From: Octopus vulgaris
Taxonomy: Eukaryota
Direction: 5' to 3'
Length of the DNA: 64,000 nucleotides
NCBI GenBank assembly: GCA_951406725.2
Contig: OX597817.1
Span: 13,702,001-13,766,000, forward strand
Below the pieces are notes generated by a model, which saw only the letters and a program-made list of their open reading frames with translations, was not told the DNA's origin and made no database searches. A program made the position numbers and the translations under genes. Positions 12,558 through 25,045 of this stretch are shown here, one piece after another (the stretch's first letter is position 1; the number at the start of each line of letters is the position of its first letter).

Positions 12558-12843
12558 GTAGGGTTCATGTGAAAGGCCAGATCTGGCCAGTTTGAACATA
12601 AAACATGTAGAATATTATGGCCGGTTCAGGGTTAAAGTTAGTTTATTTCTTCACATTTATTTAACAACATACCGTATTCAATAGCATAAAAGATGCACAA
12701 GCATATTAGACATACCCCAATTTCAGTTGCACATATTCAGGAAAATGTGTGTGTCAAGGACAAAATTAGTTTATGAGAGGCACAGCTTCACATATAGAAC
12801 CTGAAGTGTTTTGTTGCGATATTTTTGTTTCGGAAAATAAGTA

Positions 12844-13322
12844 CCATAAATCCTCAAGTATAATCCTTATTTTTTTCCCAAAATTTAAAGGTCAAAATCC
12901 CTAGTGCGTACTATATATGCGGTTAAAAATGAAAATTATTTTCTAAGCAATGTCTGAGTCTCTATTTGCTGTCTGGCAATGTTTATTCAGACACATTTTG
13001 TGATGTCGGGTGCGAAGATACCTTAAATCATCCATAACTTGCAGTTAGCAACATTTATTAAACATTATTACTGTTATTTCTTTATTTTCTGCAAACAAAA
13101 TGCACAAAAAAGCTACACGTTTGCATTATGTTATATATACAATAATAATAAAGGACGTTACTGTATCCATTTTTACAAACCAAGGACGTTATATAGATCT
13201 CCTTGACTCAAGTTAGAGAAGGGGTGCATATTATACACAAGGTTTAGATTTTTCAGAGGTACAGCCCCCTAAAATCCCCTGCGTATTATACTCAAGGGCG
13301 GACTATACTCGAGGATTTACGG
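12844..13322. mobile_element. TA-flanked MITE (Tc1/mariner-pogo type)
   Basis: TIRs ccataaatcctcaagtataatcc / ggactatactcgaggatttacgg with TA on both sides. Confidence 0.75.
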
Positions 13323-13987
13323 TATGTTTTATATACCATCATATTTCAAAGTTTACTTTTCTGAAGGCACATCAAAATCTTCATGTAACTTGGTCTGCTA
13401 GAACTGAAGCAGAATTTATGCCAAAAAACAAGTGTCAGTGTTGGTTAATCATTCATCCAAAATGGTTTAACTCTTCTAAATTTCAATTGGGTTCCAATTA
13501 CTTTTTAAGTATCAATTTTTAGTATCTAGAATAATTTATTTGTAGAAAATTTATTATAATTAGCTATGAATATAAAAGTCCTTGTTTGTTTATTTTCTTG
13601 CTTACAGTTGATTTTTTGTTATTGTTGTTGGGTCCCCAAGGTTGTTCCTCTCTCTACCTTTGTATTGTAGACCATATCTATATTTATATTTGTCTCTCTC
13701 TCTCTCTAAACCACACTCTTCTTGCTTAGTATTAAAACTTAAAGAAAGAATTCAAATGGCCAAATCAATAAAGTTATTAGATTATCAAAACATGGTTGTG
13801 AGTTCATTAGTCTACAGTAAGCATTTCATTGTGTCATGCAAATCAACATGTTTCAAAGTTTGTAGCTAAAGAATAGGTTATAGGCATTTGAGGCTAATAG
13901 GCAGAAACAACATCTAATCATTGATTGCAGTAAGAAAACTTAGTAGAATATAGTTCCAAGGATTGCTGTGGCATAACTTATGTTTAA

Positions 13988-14215
13988 CATCATCATCATC
14001 GTCTACTGTTCACCTTTTCATACTTGAATGAGTCAGATGGAATTTATCAAGGTAGATTTTCTATGGCTGGATGCCCTTCTTCCCAACCCTCACCTATTTC
14101 CAAGCAAGGTAATATTTCCCCCGTGGCCAGACACGTTTGTCATGGAAGACTGGAAAGCAACAACATTGCTTGTATGATGGTGATGTTTGCTTACAGCCAT
14201 CACATGATATCATGA
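13988..14215 (-). mobile_element. SINE-like family D with (GAT)n tail
   Basis: Inverted homolog of 15600-15805 (ggatgcccttc...ccaaccctca; catcatcatc tail). Confidence 0.6.
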
Positions 14216-14337
14216 TAAGGGTAGACTCAAACATGCATATACCCACACACACGTGTGTATGTGTAGCTACTGGATTTATTGAGTATATAAACAAATTGGC
14301 TGGTTGTTTCTCTGGAGTTGGTCAAATGATGTGGCCA

Positions 14338-14378
14338 CCTCTGATGAGAACCCGATAAGGTTTGAAAACCAATTAAGG
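14338..14378 (+). ncRNA. Minimal type I hammerhead ribozyme-like motif
   Basis: CCT-CTGATGA-GAACC cgataa GGTTT-GAAAA ccaa TTA-AGG: core boxes intact, stems short. Confidence 0.45.
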
Positions 14379-14711
14379 CTGTTCATAGTTGTTTCAATCT
14401 ACAGAGAAATAGTTAAATTTACTATGTATTTCTATTCTGTAGGTTTACATTTATATATGATGGGTTTCTCTTAGTTTCCATCCATACACAAACAAAAACA
14501 CACCAAATTGGTCGTCATTAGAGTGCTGGATTGAACGTAATTTGTTGTGACTTTCTGTGCTCAGAGTTCAAACATTACTGAGGTCCTCCTAACCTCTCCT
14601 TCTTTCAGAGTCAATAAAAAAAGAGTACTGATCCAGAATAACAAATTGGTACCCTTAAGGAATCAGGCATGATGCCTTGTGTTATCTGTTCTGGTTCTCT
14701 CTATTCTAATA

Positions 14712-14930
14712 ATCCTTTCTAATATAGGCACAAGGCCAGAAATTTGGGGCAGGGCGCTAGTCGATTACATTGACTCCAGTGCTCTACTGGTACTTATTTA
14801 ATGGACCCCAAAAGGATGAAAGACATAGTCGACCTTGGTAGAATTTGAACTCAGAATGTAAAGATGGACGAAATTCCAGTAAGCATTTTACCTGGAGTGC
14901 TAACGATTCTGTCAGTTCGCTGCCTACCTC
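14712..14930 (-). mobile_element. SINE family B, alternative-tail copy
   Basis: Reverse complement of family B core, with partial CpG decay. Confidence 0.8.
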
Positions 14931-15130
14931 TAGTTCTAATAATAATACCTACACTGATACTGATAGCAAGCAGTATCATCCCAAACTACTGTCCTTTTTC
15001 ATGGATAAACATCGGTGTCATGGAACTGGAAGATTGTCAGTCTTCCTCAAAACAACCTCATCTAAACTACAACATGCATGTGTAGATATACGATCAACTT
15101 TCACCAATGAAGGCCCTATACAAGCAGAGT

Positions 15131-15366
15131 ACCTATTTCTTTACTACCCACAAAGGGCTAAACACAGAGAGGACAAACAAGGACAGACACACGGACTAAG
15201 TCGATTATATCGCCCCCAGTGCGTAACTGGTACTTATTTAATCGACCCCGAAAGGATGAAAGGCAAAGTCGACCTCGGCGGAATTTGAACTCAGAACGTA
15301 ACGGCAGACGAAATACGGCTACGCATTTCGCCCGGCGTGCTAACGATTCTGCCAGCTCGCCGCCTT
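15131..15366 (-). mobile_element. SINE family B, full length
   Basis: Reverse complement of ggcggcgagctggcagaa...gcctttcatcctttcggggtcgat...gtagtaaagaaataggta. Confidence 0.92.
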
Positions 15367-15599
15367 ATACAACCAGAGTACCATTACCTCGATAGACACA
15401 TCCTTTAACCTACCCTTTACACTATTGCTAACTGACGTCTACGTTCTGCTTTCTTTATTACAACATAAGTTTCTATTTCACTGAGCTTACTAACTTCGTG
15501 TCATAGCAAACTAAGTCTGCCTTATACATAAGCCAAAGAGGTGAACCTTTAAGCACACACGTACACGTGTGTGTGTGTGTGTGTGTGTGTGCATGAGTG

Positions 15600-15805
15600 G
15601 AGATTGTGTGCCTGAGTTTCTTGCTATCAAGCGATAATTGTAAACGAGTGTCACCGTCATACAAGTAGTATTCTTTGTTTTGAATCTTCCGTGAAAATCT
15701 GAGGGTTGGCAACAGGAAGGGCATCGGGCCGTATAAACCCTGCTTCAACGAATTCTGTCTAACTCATGCAACCATGGAAGAATGGGCATTGAAACGATGA
15801 TGATC
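15600..15805 (+). mobile_element. SINE-like family D
   Basis: gttggcaacaggaagggcatc...gaaacgatgatgat tail; homologous to 13988-14215. Confidence 0.6.
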
Positions 15806-15903
15806 TCAGCCGTACACACATATCAACAACGAGTTATCTGTGTTGAAAGTTAAGAATGCATGTAAAGGTGATGGTTACTGCCCTTCTTAAAAAGTTATAC
15901 ACA

Positions 15904-16764
15904 CGAGGTCTAGTCAATAAGAATCCGGATTGTTGCCATAGAAATGAAGCTAAAGCACACAGAGTAAAGATTGATCTTGAACCCTGCTATGTATGAGCGC
16001 TAAGTTTTAACGTTCTAATTCATTTGCGCTGTTTACAGCAGTGCTTGGAAGGAAGGTGTGTAGCGTGTGATCGTCACATTGGCCATGACAGAGAAAGTTG
16101 TCATGGCGATACCTGCTCAGAGGCCTACACAAAGGTGTAGAAGGGTGTACGTCTCGCGCATAAGTGTATACGTGGTTCAGACGTTTGATGGCCAAAAAAA
16201 TGTCGATATTGACGAACGTTCTGGGAGACCCGCAATCACCGGAAATGAGAAAAACATCGCAGATATGTGTGCAATTGTGAGGGGAAATCATCGAATCACC
16301 ATCCGTGAGATATTAGAATATGTGCTGATTAGTTACGGTTCAGTTCAGTCCATTATCGCTGAAGATTTGGGTATGAGACGCGTGTCTGCCAAATTTGTGC
16401 CAAAACTGCTTTCAGCTGAACAAAAAGTCACTCGGGTTTCAGTTGCACAAGATTTCCTTGATTGTGTCAAGGACGATGAAAACTTTTTGAAAACTTTGCG
16501 TAGGCCTCTGAGCAGATATCGCCAAGCTTTTGGCAAAATTTGATGCAGATTCTCTGCTCAACTTTCTTTATCATAGTCAATGCGACGATCACACGTTACA
16601 CACGTTCCTTCCGAGCACTGCTATAAACAGCAGAAGCTTGAACGTTAAAACTTAGTGTGCATGCACAGAAGAGTTTAAGGTCATTCTGTGCCAAGTGGCT
16701 TTACTTTGCGTGCTTTAGCTTCGTTACAATGGCAACAGTTCGAATACTGATTGATCAGACCACG
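15904..16764 (+). mobile_element. Non-autonomous mariner with ~230-270 bp inverted arms and an N-terminal transposase relic
   Basis: Ends cgaggtctagtcaataag / ctgattgatcagaccacg. ORF 16067-16543 contains DERSGRP, RITIRE and VSAKFVPKLL, the mariner HTH and WVP(H/R)EL-type motifs. Confidence 0.9.
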
Positions 16765-16769
16765 TGCAT

Positions 16770-16816
<47 letters not shown>

Positions 16817-17187
16817 GGCGTAGGAGTGGCTGTGTGGTAAGTAGCTTGCTGACCAACCACATGGTTCCGGGTTCATTCTCACTGCGTGGCACCTTGGGCA
16901 AGTGTCTTCTACTATAGCCTCGGGCCGACCAAAGCCTTGTGAGTGAAATTGGTTAACGGAAACTGAAAGAAGCCCGTCGTATATATGTATATATATATGT
17001 ATGTGTGTATATATTTGTATGTCTCTGTTTGTCCCCCAAACATCGCTTGACAACCGATGCTGGTGTGTTTACGTCCCCGTAACTTAGCGGTTCGGCAAAA
17101 GAGACCGATAGAATAAGTACTAGGCTTCCAAAGAAGAGTCGATTTGCTCGACTGAAGGCGGTGCTCCAGCATGGCCGCAGTCAAATG
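16817..17187 (+). mobile_element. SINE family A
   Basis: Near full-length match to the other family A copies. Confidence 0.92.
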
Positions 17188-17611
17188 ACTGAAACAAGTA
17201 AAAGAGTATATTGGTGGTGCTCCAGCATGACCACAGCCTCTGGGCTGAAACTCATAAAAGAATCTGCGTGTGTGTGTGTGTGTGTGTTTTGATAGCTAAA
17301 AGTTTTAACAGAAATCGTATTCATTTGTAAATAAAATTTTATGTCTGAAAAAGAAAATGTAAATCTGCTTTATTAGAATCGAGCCATTGAACACAATTCG
17401 CAGACTAGTAAGCTGTGCTAACTATTACATCACAGAAGATTTGTTGTGTCTTTCCTTCAAGTTAAACATGAAGAACCGTTTGATCTGCAGCACTAGTTCT
17501 GATCTCTAAACAGATCTATCACACGCTCGAAGACGTATCTAATTCAAGGTATGCGACAAAACCTATATCTATGACACTGTTTTGCTGTCTGTCTGTCTCT
17601 CCTTGTATCAT

Positions 17612-17979
17612 TGGAAGCACTCCGTCGGTTACGACGACGAGGGTTCCGGTTGATCCGATCAACGGAACAGCCTGCTCGTGAAATTAACGTGCAAGTGGCT
17701 GAGCATTCCACAGACACGTGTGCCCTTAACGTAGTTCTCGGGGATATTCAGCGTGACACAGAGAGTGACAAGGCCGGCCCTTTGAAATACAGGTACAACA
17801 GAAACAGGAAGAAAGAATGAGAGAAAGTTGTGGTGAAAGAGTACAGCAGGGATCACCACCATCCCCTACCGGAGCCGCGTGGAGCTTTAGGTGTTTTCGC
17901 TCAATAAACACTCACAACGCCCGGTCCGGGAATCGAAACAGCGAGTCCGCTGCCCTAACCACTGGGCCATTGCGCCTCC
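17612..17979 (-). mobile_element. tRNA(Arg)-like SINE family C
   Basis: Reverse complement of ggaggcgcaatggcccagtggttagggcagcggactcgc...gacggagtgcttcca; TSD cttgtatcat on both sides. Confidence 0.92.
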
Positions 17980-18029
17980 TCTTGTATCATATTCACCGAC
18001 GGGAAGGGGAAAAGCAGGCGTTCTGACTG

Positions 18030-18602
18030 CGTCCGCACGCCGGTGTTCGTTTCCACATCTTTGAACAAGGTCCTAGGCTCGGTTCAAACGACCATCTCAA
18101 GCTACTGGAGACTGTAGTCAATCCCTAGCTGGAGGTTGCTGCTGGAGGGTCATATGAGTAGTAGCAGGTTTCAACACCTTGCTTTACCTCCGAAAAGTGT
18201 CAGCAGTGGTTGTCAGAAAATTTCTACTTCACCAGACCCGCTTTCTGGTCTTTCAATTTCCCCCATTGTAATCCCATGGATTACTATGTGTGGAGCGCAG
18301 TTGAGAAATACACCAACCACTCTGCCTGCAACACCAAAGCCGATCTGATTGATAGCCAAGATCAAAAAGGTGTTCGAAGATTTTCCGAGGGACACAGCGA
18401 GGAAGACACGCGCCAAGTACCGGAGCCGTCTTGAGGCTGCGGTAGAACAGAGGGCGGCTATTTTGAGCAAACTGTTATCTCCTAGCCATGATGTAGTTTA
18501 TACTTTTTAATTTTAATTTTTTAAAAATACTTTTATTTTGGAATGGGACATTGTGCTTTCTTTTTCTTTTATGCAAACTATTAAATTTAACCCGAACACT
18601 GT
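18030..18602 (+). mobile_element. Tc1/mariner superfamily (maT/Tc1-like) transposase relic, 3' part
   Basis: FWSFNFPHCNPMDYYVW resembles WPPxSPDLNPxDYxVW; terminus aaatttaacccgaacactgta; homologous to 35600-36660. Confidence 0.7.
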
Positions 18603-18674
18603 ATATAATAATTTCTAAAGAAAATCTATAGATTTAACTCTAAGAAGTCACTGAATGCATATATATATATATAT

Positions 18675-18789
18675 CACGTTATCACGTAACCGACCAGACC
18701 ATCAGATGTTGTTACACATCGCTGGTCACAATGCGCTTCGCATTGTTTTAGCCTTAAAATGACGCCACCCCGCTGGCTAAGCGAACAGG

Positions 18790-18792
<3 letters not shown>
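18675..18792 (-). mobile_element. Isolated 3' tail of the alternative-tail family C SINE
   Basis: Reverse complement of the 34490-34598 tail, embedded in (TA)n. Confidence 0.8.
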
Positions 18793-18858
<66 letters not shown>

Positions 18859-18895
18859 ATGTATATATGTATGTGTATTGATATATATATATAGG

Positions 18896-18939
<44 letters not shown>

Positions 18940-19803
18940 AGTAAGATATGCAATGAAGGAATAGAGAAATATAGACAATGGAATGAATTTGATTATATAA
19001 CTTAAATAAAACTGTACAGATGGCCGCAGAAGGTGACTATTTATAAGGAATATGTCAGAGAGATGTCCATGCTGGTTCGGTGGACAGGTCATTAGAATGA
19101 ATAAGTTATATGAAAGAATAAGTGTTTAAGAGCTGGTGGTCAATAGTAACCAGGGTAGGTGTAGACCAAACATGACATAGAATTGGATAATTTAGAGGAG
19201 TCCTTTAAAATGTATTCTTTATAAAAGGAGTCAACAAGCAATAAGGACAGCTGGAGAGGGAGAGCGAGAGCAAGAGAGGGAGAGTGAGAGAGAGGTCACT
19301 GGACAGAAAGAGAAAGCGAGAGAGGAGAATGGTAAACCAGAGATATCGATACCCACATGCAGAAGATAGACATAAACAATTTACGAAGATGATAATGATG
19401 ATGATATATGCATTCGCATAAGTCAAATGAGAGAAAGACAATTATATTGAGATGTTGATATTCGCTATGCTGGTTTCACGACAGTTTGGAATGATTTACA
19501 AAACGGTGGTGGTTAAACCGTAATTGAAGTCGGTGGCTAAATCTTGCAACAAATTTCATGTTCCAGTATTAAAAGGCAACACATGTTGTCTGGTATTTAA
19601 TCGCAAAAACCATTCAAAAGAGGTATTTTCTCTTTCTTTAGAAGCTCCTTAACAAAAAAATGTCAAATGAAGAATATATTAGTTACAAATGGAAGTTTCT
19701 TTGTTTTCCCATTTCAAAAAGACAAATGACAATATGGTTTCTTATGATAAAGTATAAAGAGAATTTCGAAAGCCTAAAGCATAGCTAACGCTTTGGGTAT
19801 TGT

Positions 19804-20030
19804 ATATTTCTTTACTGCCCACAAGGGGCTAAACGTAGAGGGGGAGAAACAAGGACAGACAAACGGATTAAGTCGATTACATCGACCCCAGTGTGTAACT
19901 GGTACTTAATTTATCGACCCCGAAAGGATGAAAGGCAAAGTCGACCTTGGCGGAATTTGAACTCAGAACGTAACGGCCGACGAAATACGGCTACGCATTT
20001 CGCCCGGCGTGCTAACGTTTCTGCCAGCTA
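19804..20030 (-). mobile_element. SINE family B
   Basis: Consensus match. Further degenerate copies at 20205-20418 and 20540-20690. Confidence 0.9.
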
Positions 20031-20053
20031 AACGAAGTAATACACACACGCAC

Positions 20054-20155
<102 letters not shown>

Positions 20156-20759
20156 ACACACGCACACACACAACATTACACACAACTATGCATTGGTTTT
20201 AACTTTTGACACAAGGCTAGGCATTTCAGAGGTGGTGGCGGTGGTGGGTGAGTGGATTAAATCGACCTCAGTGCTTAACTGGTACTTATTTTATCGACCC
20301 CGAAAGGATCAAAGGCAAAGTCAACCCTCAGTGGAATTCGACTAAAGAACGTGAAGACGGGACGAAATGTTAAGTATTTTGCTCGTCCTGCCAACGATTC
20401 TGTCGGCTCGCTGCCTTAAACTAATTATATATTGATTATGTTTATAATTAAATACAACACGCATTTTTTTTTTTCACAATTTTCATTTCATTCTCATTTG
20501 TCCTTTAATTTAATTAATTACGTATAGAACCACACGTCTTGAAATTTGGGGGAATGACTATAGTCGATTATGACGACCCCCGGTACCTGACGGGTACTTT
20601 ATTTTATTAACTCTGGAAAGGTGGAAAAACCAATCAAATCCGGGCGAAATTTGATCTCAAAGAGTCACGCTCGATTCTGACAATCCATAGTTTCTTTTGT
20701 TTAGAATAAGAGCTTATCTTTAGAACAGTAAATAATCCTTGTTTTCTCAGCCCCCATCT

Positions 20760-20964
20760 CTTTTACTCGTTTACTTGTTTCAGTCATTTGACTGCGGCTA
20801 TGCTGGAGCACCGCCTTTAGTCGAGCAAATCGACCCTAGGACTTATTCTTTGCAAGCCTAGTACTTATTCTATCGGTCTCTTTTTGCCGAACCGCTATGT
20901 TACGGGGACGTAAATACACCGCCATCGGTGTTGGGGGGACAAACACAGACACAAAAACACACAC

Positions 20965-21005
<41 letters not shown>

Positions 21006-21040
21006 CGACGGGCTTCTTTCAGTTTCCGTATACCAAATCC
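20760..21040 (-). mobile_element. SINE family A, 5'-truncated
   Basis: 3' half of the family A consensus in reverse. Confidence 0.88.
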
Positions 21041-21108
21041 GTATTCAGCTTCTGCTGGTTGCCTGAACAAATTCGAACATCATTTACATAATTCTATGAA
21101 GCAATGTT

Positions 21109-21480
21109 TTAGCCGAGTTGTTTGAGATGGATAAGAATACCTCTCAATATCTGTTCCAACTCACTGTATTCTGTGTTCAAATGCTGCCGAAGCCAATCTC
21201 GTCTTTCCTCTTTTAAACGTCCATAAAAAAAAAGTACCGATTCAGAATAGTGGATTGGCAGAACTGCAAGAGCATTGAACGAGATGCCTGACTCTATAAA
21301 TTTCAGCCCTTTGCCTTCTGAAAGCAACACCTGATAAAACACTGGTGTTGGGCTGCATTGAACCTTTTCCTTCGACATTGGTGGCGTGGAGAGAAGAGAT
21401 CTGCATGCATGGTGAAACACCTTGCACGCGTTGTTCATGTATGGCCAACCCATAAAGAGGTCAAAGGCAAACCCAATTTC
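21109..21480 (-). mobile_element. Possible degenerate LINE (L1/Tx1-like) C-terminal fragment
   Basis: Non-repetitive, protein-like reading frame with Cys/His remnants and KGLK...FF..RLK; weak resemblance only. Confidence 0.3.
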
Positions 21481-22025
21481 TATAAAGTAATATCCCAAAA
21501 GTAAAAATAATGTAAATAAATTGATTAGATTCTAGGTACATTCATGACTTACTAATCACTTGATTAAAAAGCCTTTTTTTTGCCACACACATACACACAC
21601 ACGCATGCACACACACACAGACACACACACGGATATAGTACAAGTAAAAAAGCATAAATTTCACATATACTTCATAACCTAGATTGTTCTCAACGGCTGT
21701 TTCACTAAAATAAACATCATTAATTTCATAATTAAGTAAACTAAATTTAATTTTAGTTCTATTTGCCAAAACCATCTTTAGTATTATGTGATTTGTTAAT
21801 TAGAGATTTGTTAATTAGAGATTTGTTAATTAAAGAATTATATATATATATATATATATGTGTTTGTATATATATTTATATACATATATATGTGTGTGTA
21901 TGTATGTAAGTATGTATGTATACATGTGTGTGTGTGTGTGTACATACATACATCTACTATACACACACACACACACATATATATATATACATAAATACAC
22001 ACATATCTTATCATCATCATCATCA

Positions 22026-22084
<59 letters not shown>

Positions 22085-22345
22085 TTGCTTAGCCATAACG
22101 ATACTAATAGCTTAGTGTTAAAACTCACTGCACATATGTTTCGGAACGAGGCGTCAGTCGAGTATAGAGCAAGAGTAAGAAATTGAAATGACAAGGGAAT
22201 AAAAAATTACGTCACATGACGTAATTCCCTGTTCCATGTGTGCACGCGCACACATATTTTGGGAGTTGCCTTGTTTCTTAATCTGAAACCAAATGTCGAA
22301 AAAAACTGAAGCATTTTAGCCACATGAAAACACAAATGTTCTTAT

Positions 22346-22574
22346 ACTCTTTTACTCTTTTACTTGTTTCAGTCATTTGACTGCGGCCATGCTGGAGCAC
22401 CGCCTTTTGTCGAGCAAATCGACCCCGGGACTTATTCTTTGTAAGCCCAGTACTTATTCTATCGGTCGTCTCTTTTGCCGAACCGCTAAGTGACGGGGAC
22501 GTAAACACACCAGCATCGGTTGTCAAGCTATGGTATGGGGACAAACACAGACACACAAACACACACACACACAT

Positions 22575-22615
<41 letters not shown>

Positions 22616-22770
22616 TACGACAGGCTTCTTTCAGTTTCCGTCTACCAAATCCACTCACAAGGCATTGGTCGGCCCGAGGCTATAGCAGAAGACACTCGCC
22701 CAAGATGCCACGCAGTGGGACTGAACCCGGAACCATGTGGTTGGTTAGCAAGCTACTAACCACACAGCCA
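22346..22770 (-). mobile_element. SINE family A
   Basis: Consensus match with internal (CA)/(TA) tract. Confidence 0.92.
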
Positions 22771-22999
22771 CATTTAAAAAAAAAAATGTTTATTTCACTG
22801 TTATAGTTTCTGATGTACCAATGTAACCGTATCACGGACACAGTACCACGGCAGCAAAGATACATCAGAGACCATGTCGCATTGGAACAACGGAAATGGC
22901 TAACTTTGCCGAGACTTCGAAGTCACTCTCAACAACATTCTTGTTTAAAAGTGATAAATTTGAGCTCTACAAAATTATAGAGTGACACATCAGATTAAT

Positions 23000-23281
23000 A
23001 CAGTTCTATATTTAAGAGATGAGGAATTATGTACATTATTTACATTATTTACATTTGACGGATAGTTGTCCTCATCTTGTTTGTTGTTAACACAACGTTT
23101 CGGCTGATATACCCTCCAGCCATGTTCAGGTGTCTTGGGGGAAATTTCGAGCCTGGGTTCTCATTCCTAAGGTAATTTCCCCAAGACACCTGAAGAAGGC
23201 TGGAGGGTATATCAGCCGAAACGTTGTGTTAACAACAAACAAGATGAGGACAAATATCCGTCGAATATAAATAATGTACAT
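23000..23281. mobile_element. Palindromic Penelope-like (pseudo-LTR) repeat
   Basis: ~110-bp inverted arms (about 23029-23146 and 23174-23281). acatcagattaat is duplicated at 22987-22999 and 23278-23290. Confidence 0.75.
23185..23230 (+). ncRNA. Minimal type I hammerhead ribozyme motif (Penelope type)
   Basis: GACAC-CTGAAGA-A-GGCTG gagggtatat CAGCC-GAAAC-GTT-GTGTT. Confidence 0.65.
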
Positions 23282-23321
23282 CAGATTAATGTAAAACTTT
23301 TTATCATAACAGCATAAAAAC

Positions 23322-24186
23322 TGGGTGTGATGTAAGAAACTTGCTTCTCAACCACATGGTCCCGTGTTCAGTTCCACTGTGAGACACCTTGGGTAAGTCA
23401 CTTGTACTATAGCTTCGGGCTGACCAAAGCTTTGTGAGTGGATTTGATAGACGGAAACTGAAAGGAGCCCGTCGTTGTGTATGTATGTATGTATGTATGT
23501 ATGTATATTATTTATACACGCATATGTGTGTGTGTATGTGAGTGTGTGTGTGTTTGTGTCTGTGTCTCCCGCCACCACTTGGCAACCGGTGGTGGTGTGT
23601 TTATGTCCCCGTAATCTAGCGGTTCGACAAAAAGGGATAGATAAAATAAGTACCAGACTTTAAAAAAAAAATTACTGTGGTCGGTTCATTTGACTGAAAA
23701 TTCTTCAAGGTGGTGCTCAAGCATGGCCGCAGTCTAATGACCGAAACCAATAAAAGATGTGTGTGTGTGTGTGTTTGTGTCTGTGTCTCCCGCCACCACT
23801 TGACAACCGGTGGTGGTGTGTTTATGTCCCCGTAATACTAGCAGTTCGACAAAAAGGGATCGATAAAATAAGTACCAGACTTTAAAAAAAAAATTACTGT
23901 GGTCGGTTCATTTGACTGAAAATTCTTCAAGGTGGTGCTCAAGCATGGCCGCAGTCTAATGACCGAAACCAATAAAAGATGTGTGTGTGTGTGTGTGTGT
24001 GTTTGTGTCTGTGTCTCCCGCCACCACTTGACAACCGGTGGTGATGTGTTTATGTCCCCGTAATACTAGCAGTTCGACAAAAAGGGATCGATAAAATAAG
24101 TACCAGACTTTAAAAAAAAAATTACTGGGCTCGGTTCATTTGACTAAAAATTCTTCGCGGTGGCGCTCAAGCATGACCGCAAAAGA
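23322..24186 (+). mobile_element. Family A-related SINE with its 3' half triplicated in tandem
   Basis: One head, then three ~210-bp units gtgtttgtgtctgtgtctcccgccaccactt...aaaagatgtgtg separated by (TG)n. Confidence 0.88.
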
Positions 24187-24517
24187 TGTGTGTATGCGTG
24201 TGTATGTGTGTCTGTGTGAATGCGCGCGCGCATGCGTGCGTGCAAGTTTGTATCAAAGTTCATTGAGAGGAAAATATCTATAGAAATAGTACTTTCACAA
24301 AATTCTAATGTTAAATAATTCTAAAAAAATGACAAAAACAAAAAAAACTGTTTCATCCAATTTCCGTCCAACACAAAATTTAATTCAATTTATTTTCTTA
24401 ACTCTTCTCGTTTAACACTAAATTAATAATAATGCCAAAAAAACAGTTATACCAAAAAAATATGATAGCATATTGTTTTTATATTCCTTGTGTGTTTCGT
24501 TTATTTTTCTCTAATAT

Positions 24518-25045
<528 letters not shown>

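Noticed and set aside
12181-12568. Recurrent short ORFs (SFSFRLPNPLTRLWSARGY, RKDERQSRPRRNL, GSPPSP) as a gene family
   Set aside because: They are incidental frames of SINE families A, B and C.
16067-16543. Intact or domesticated transposase
   Set aside because: Only the DNA-binding part remains, with an N-terminal deletion and no DD34D catalytic domain.
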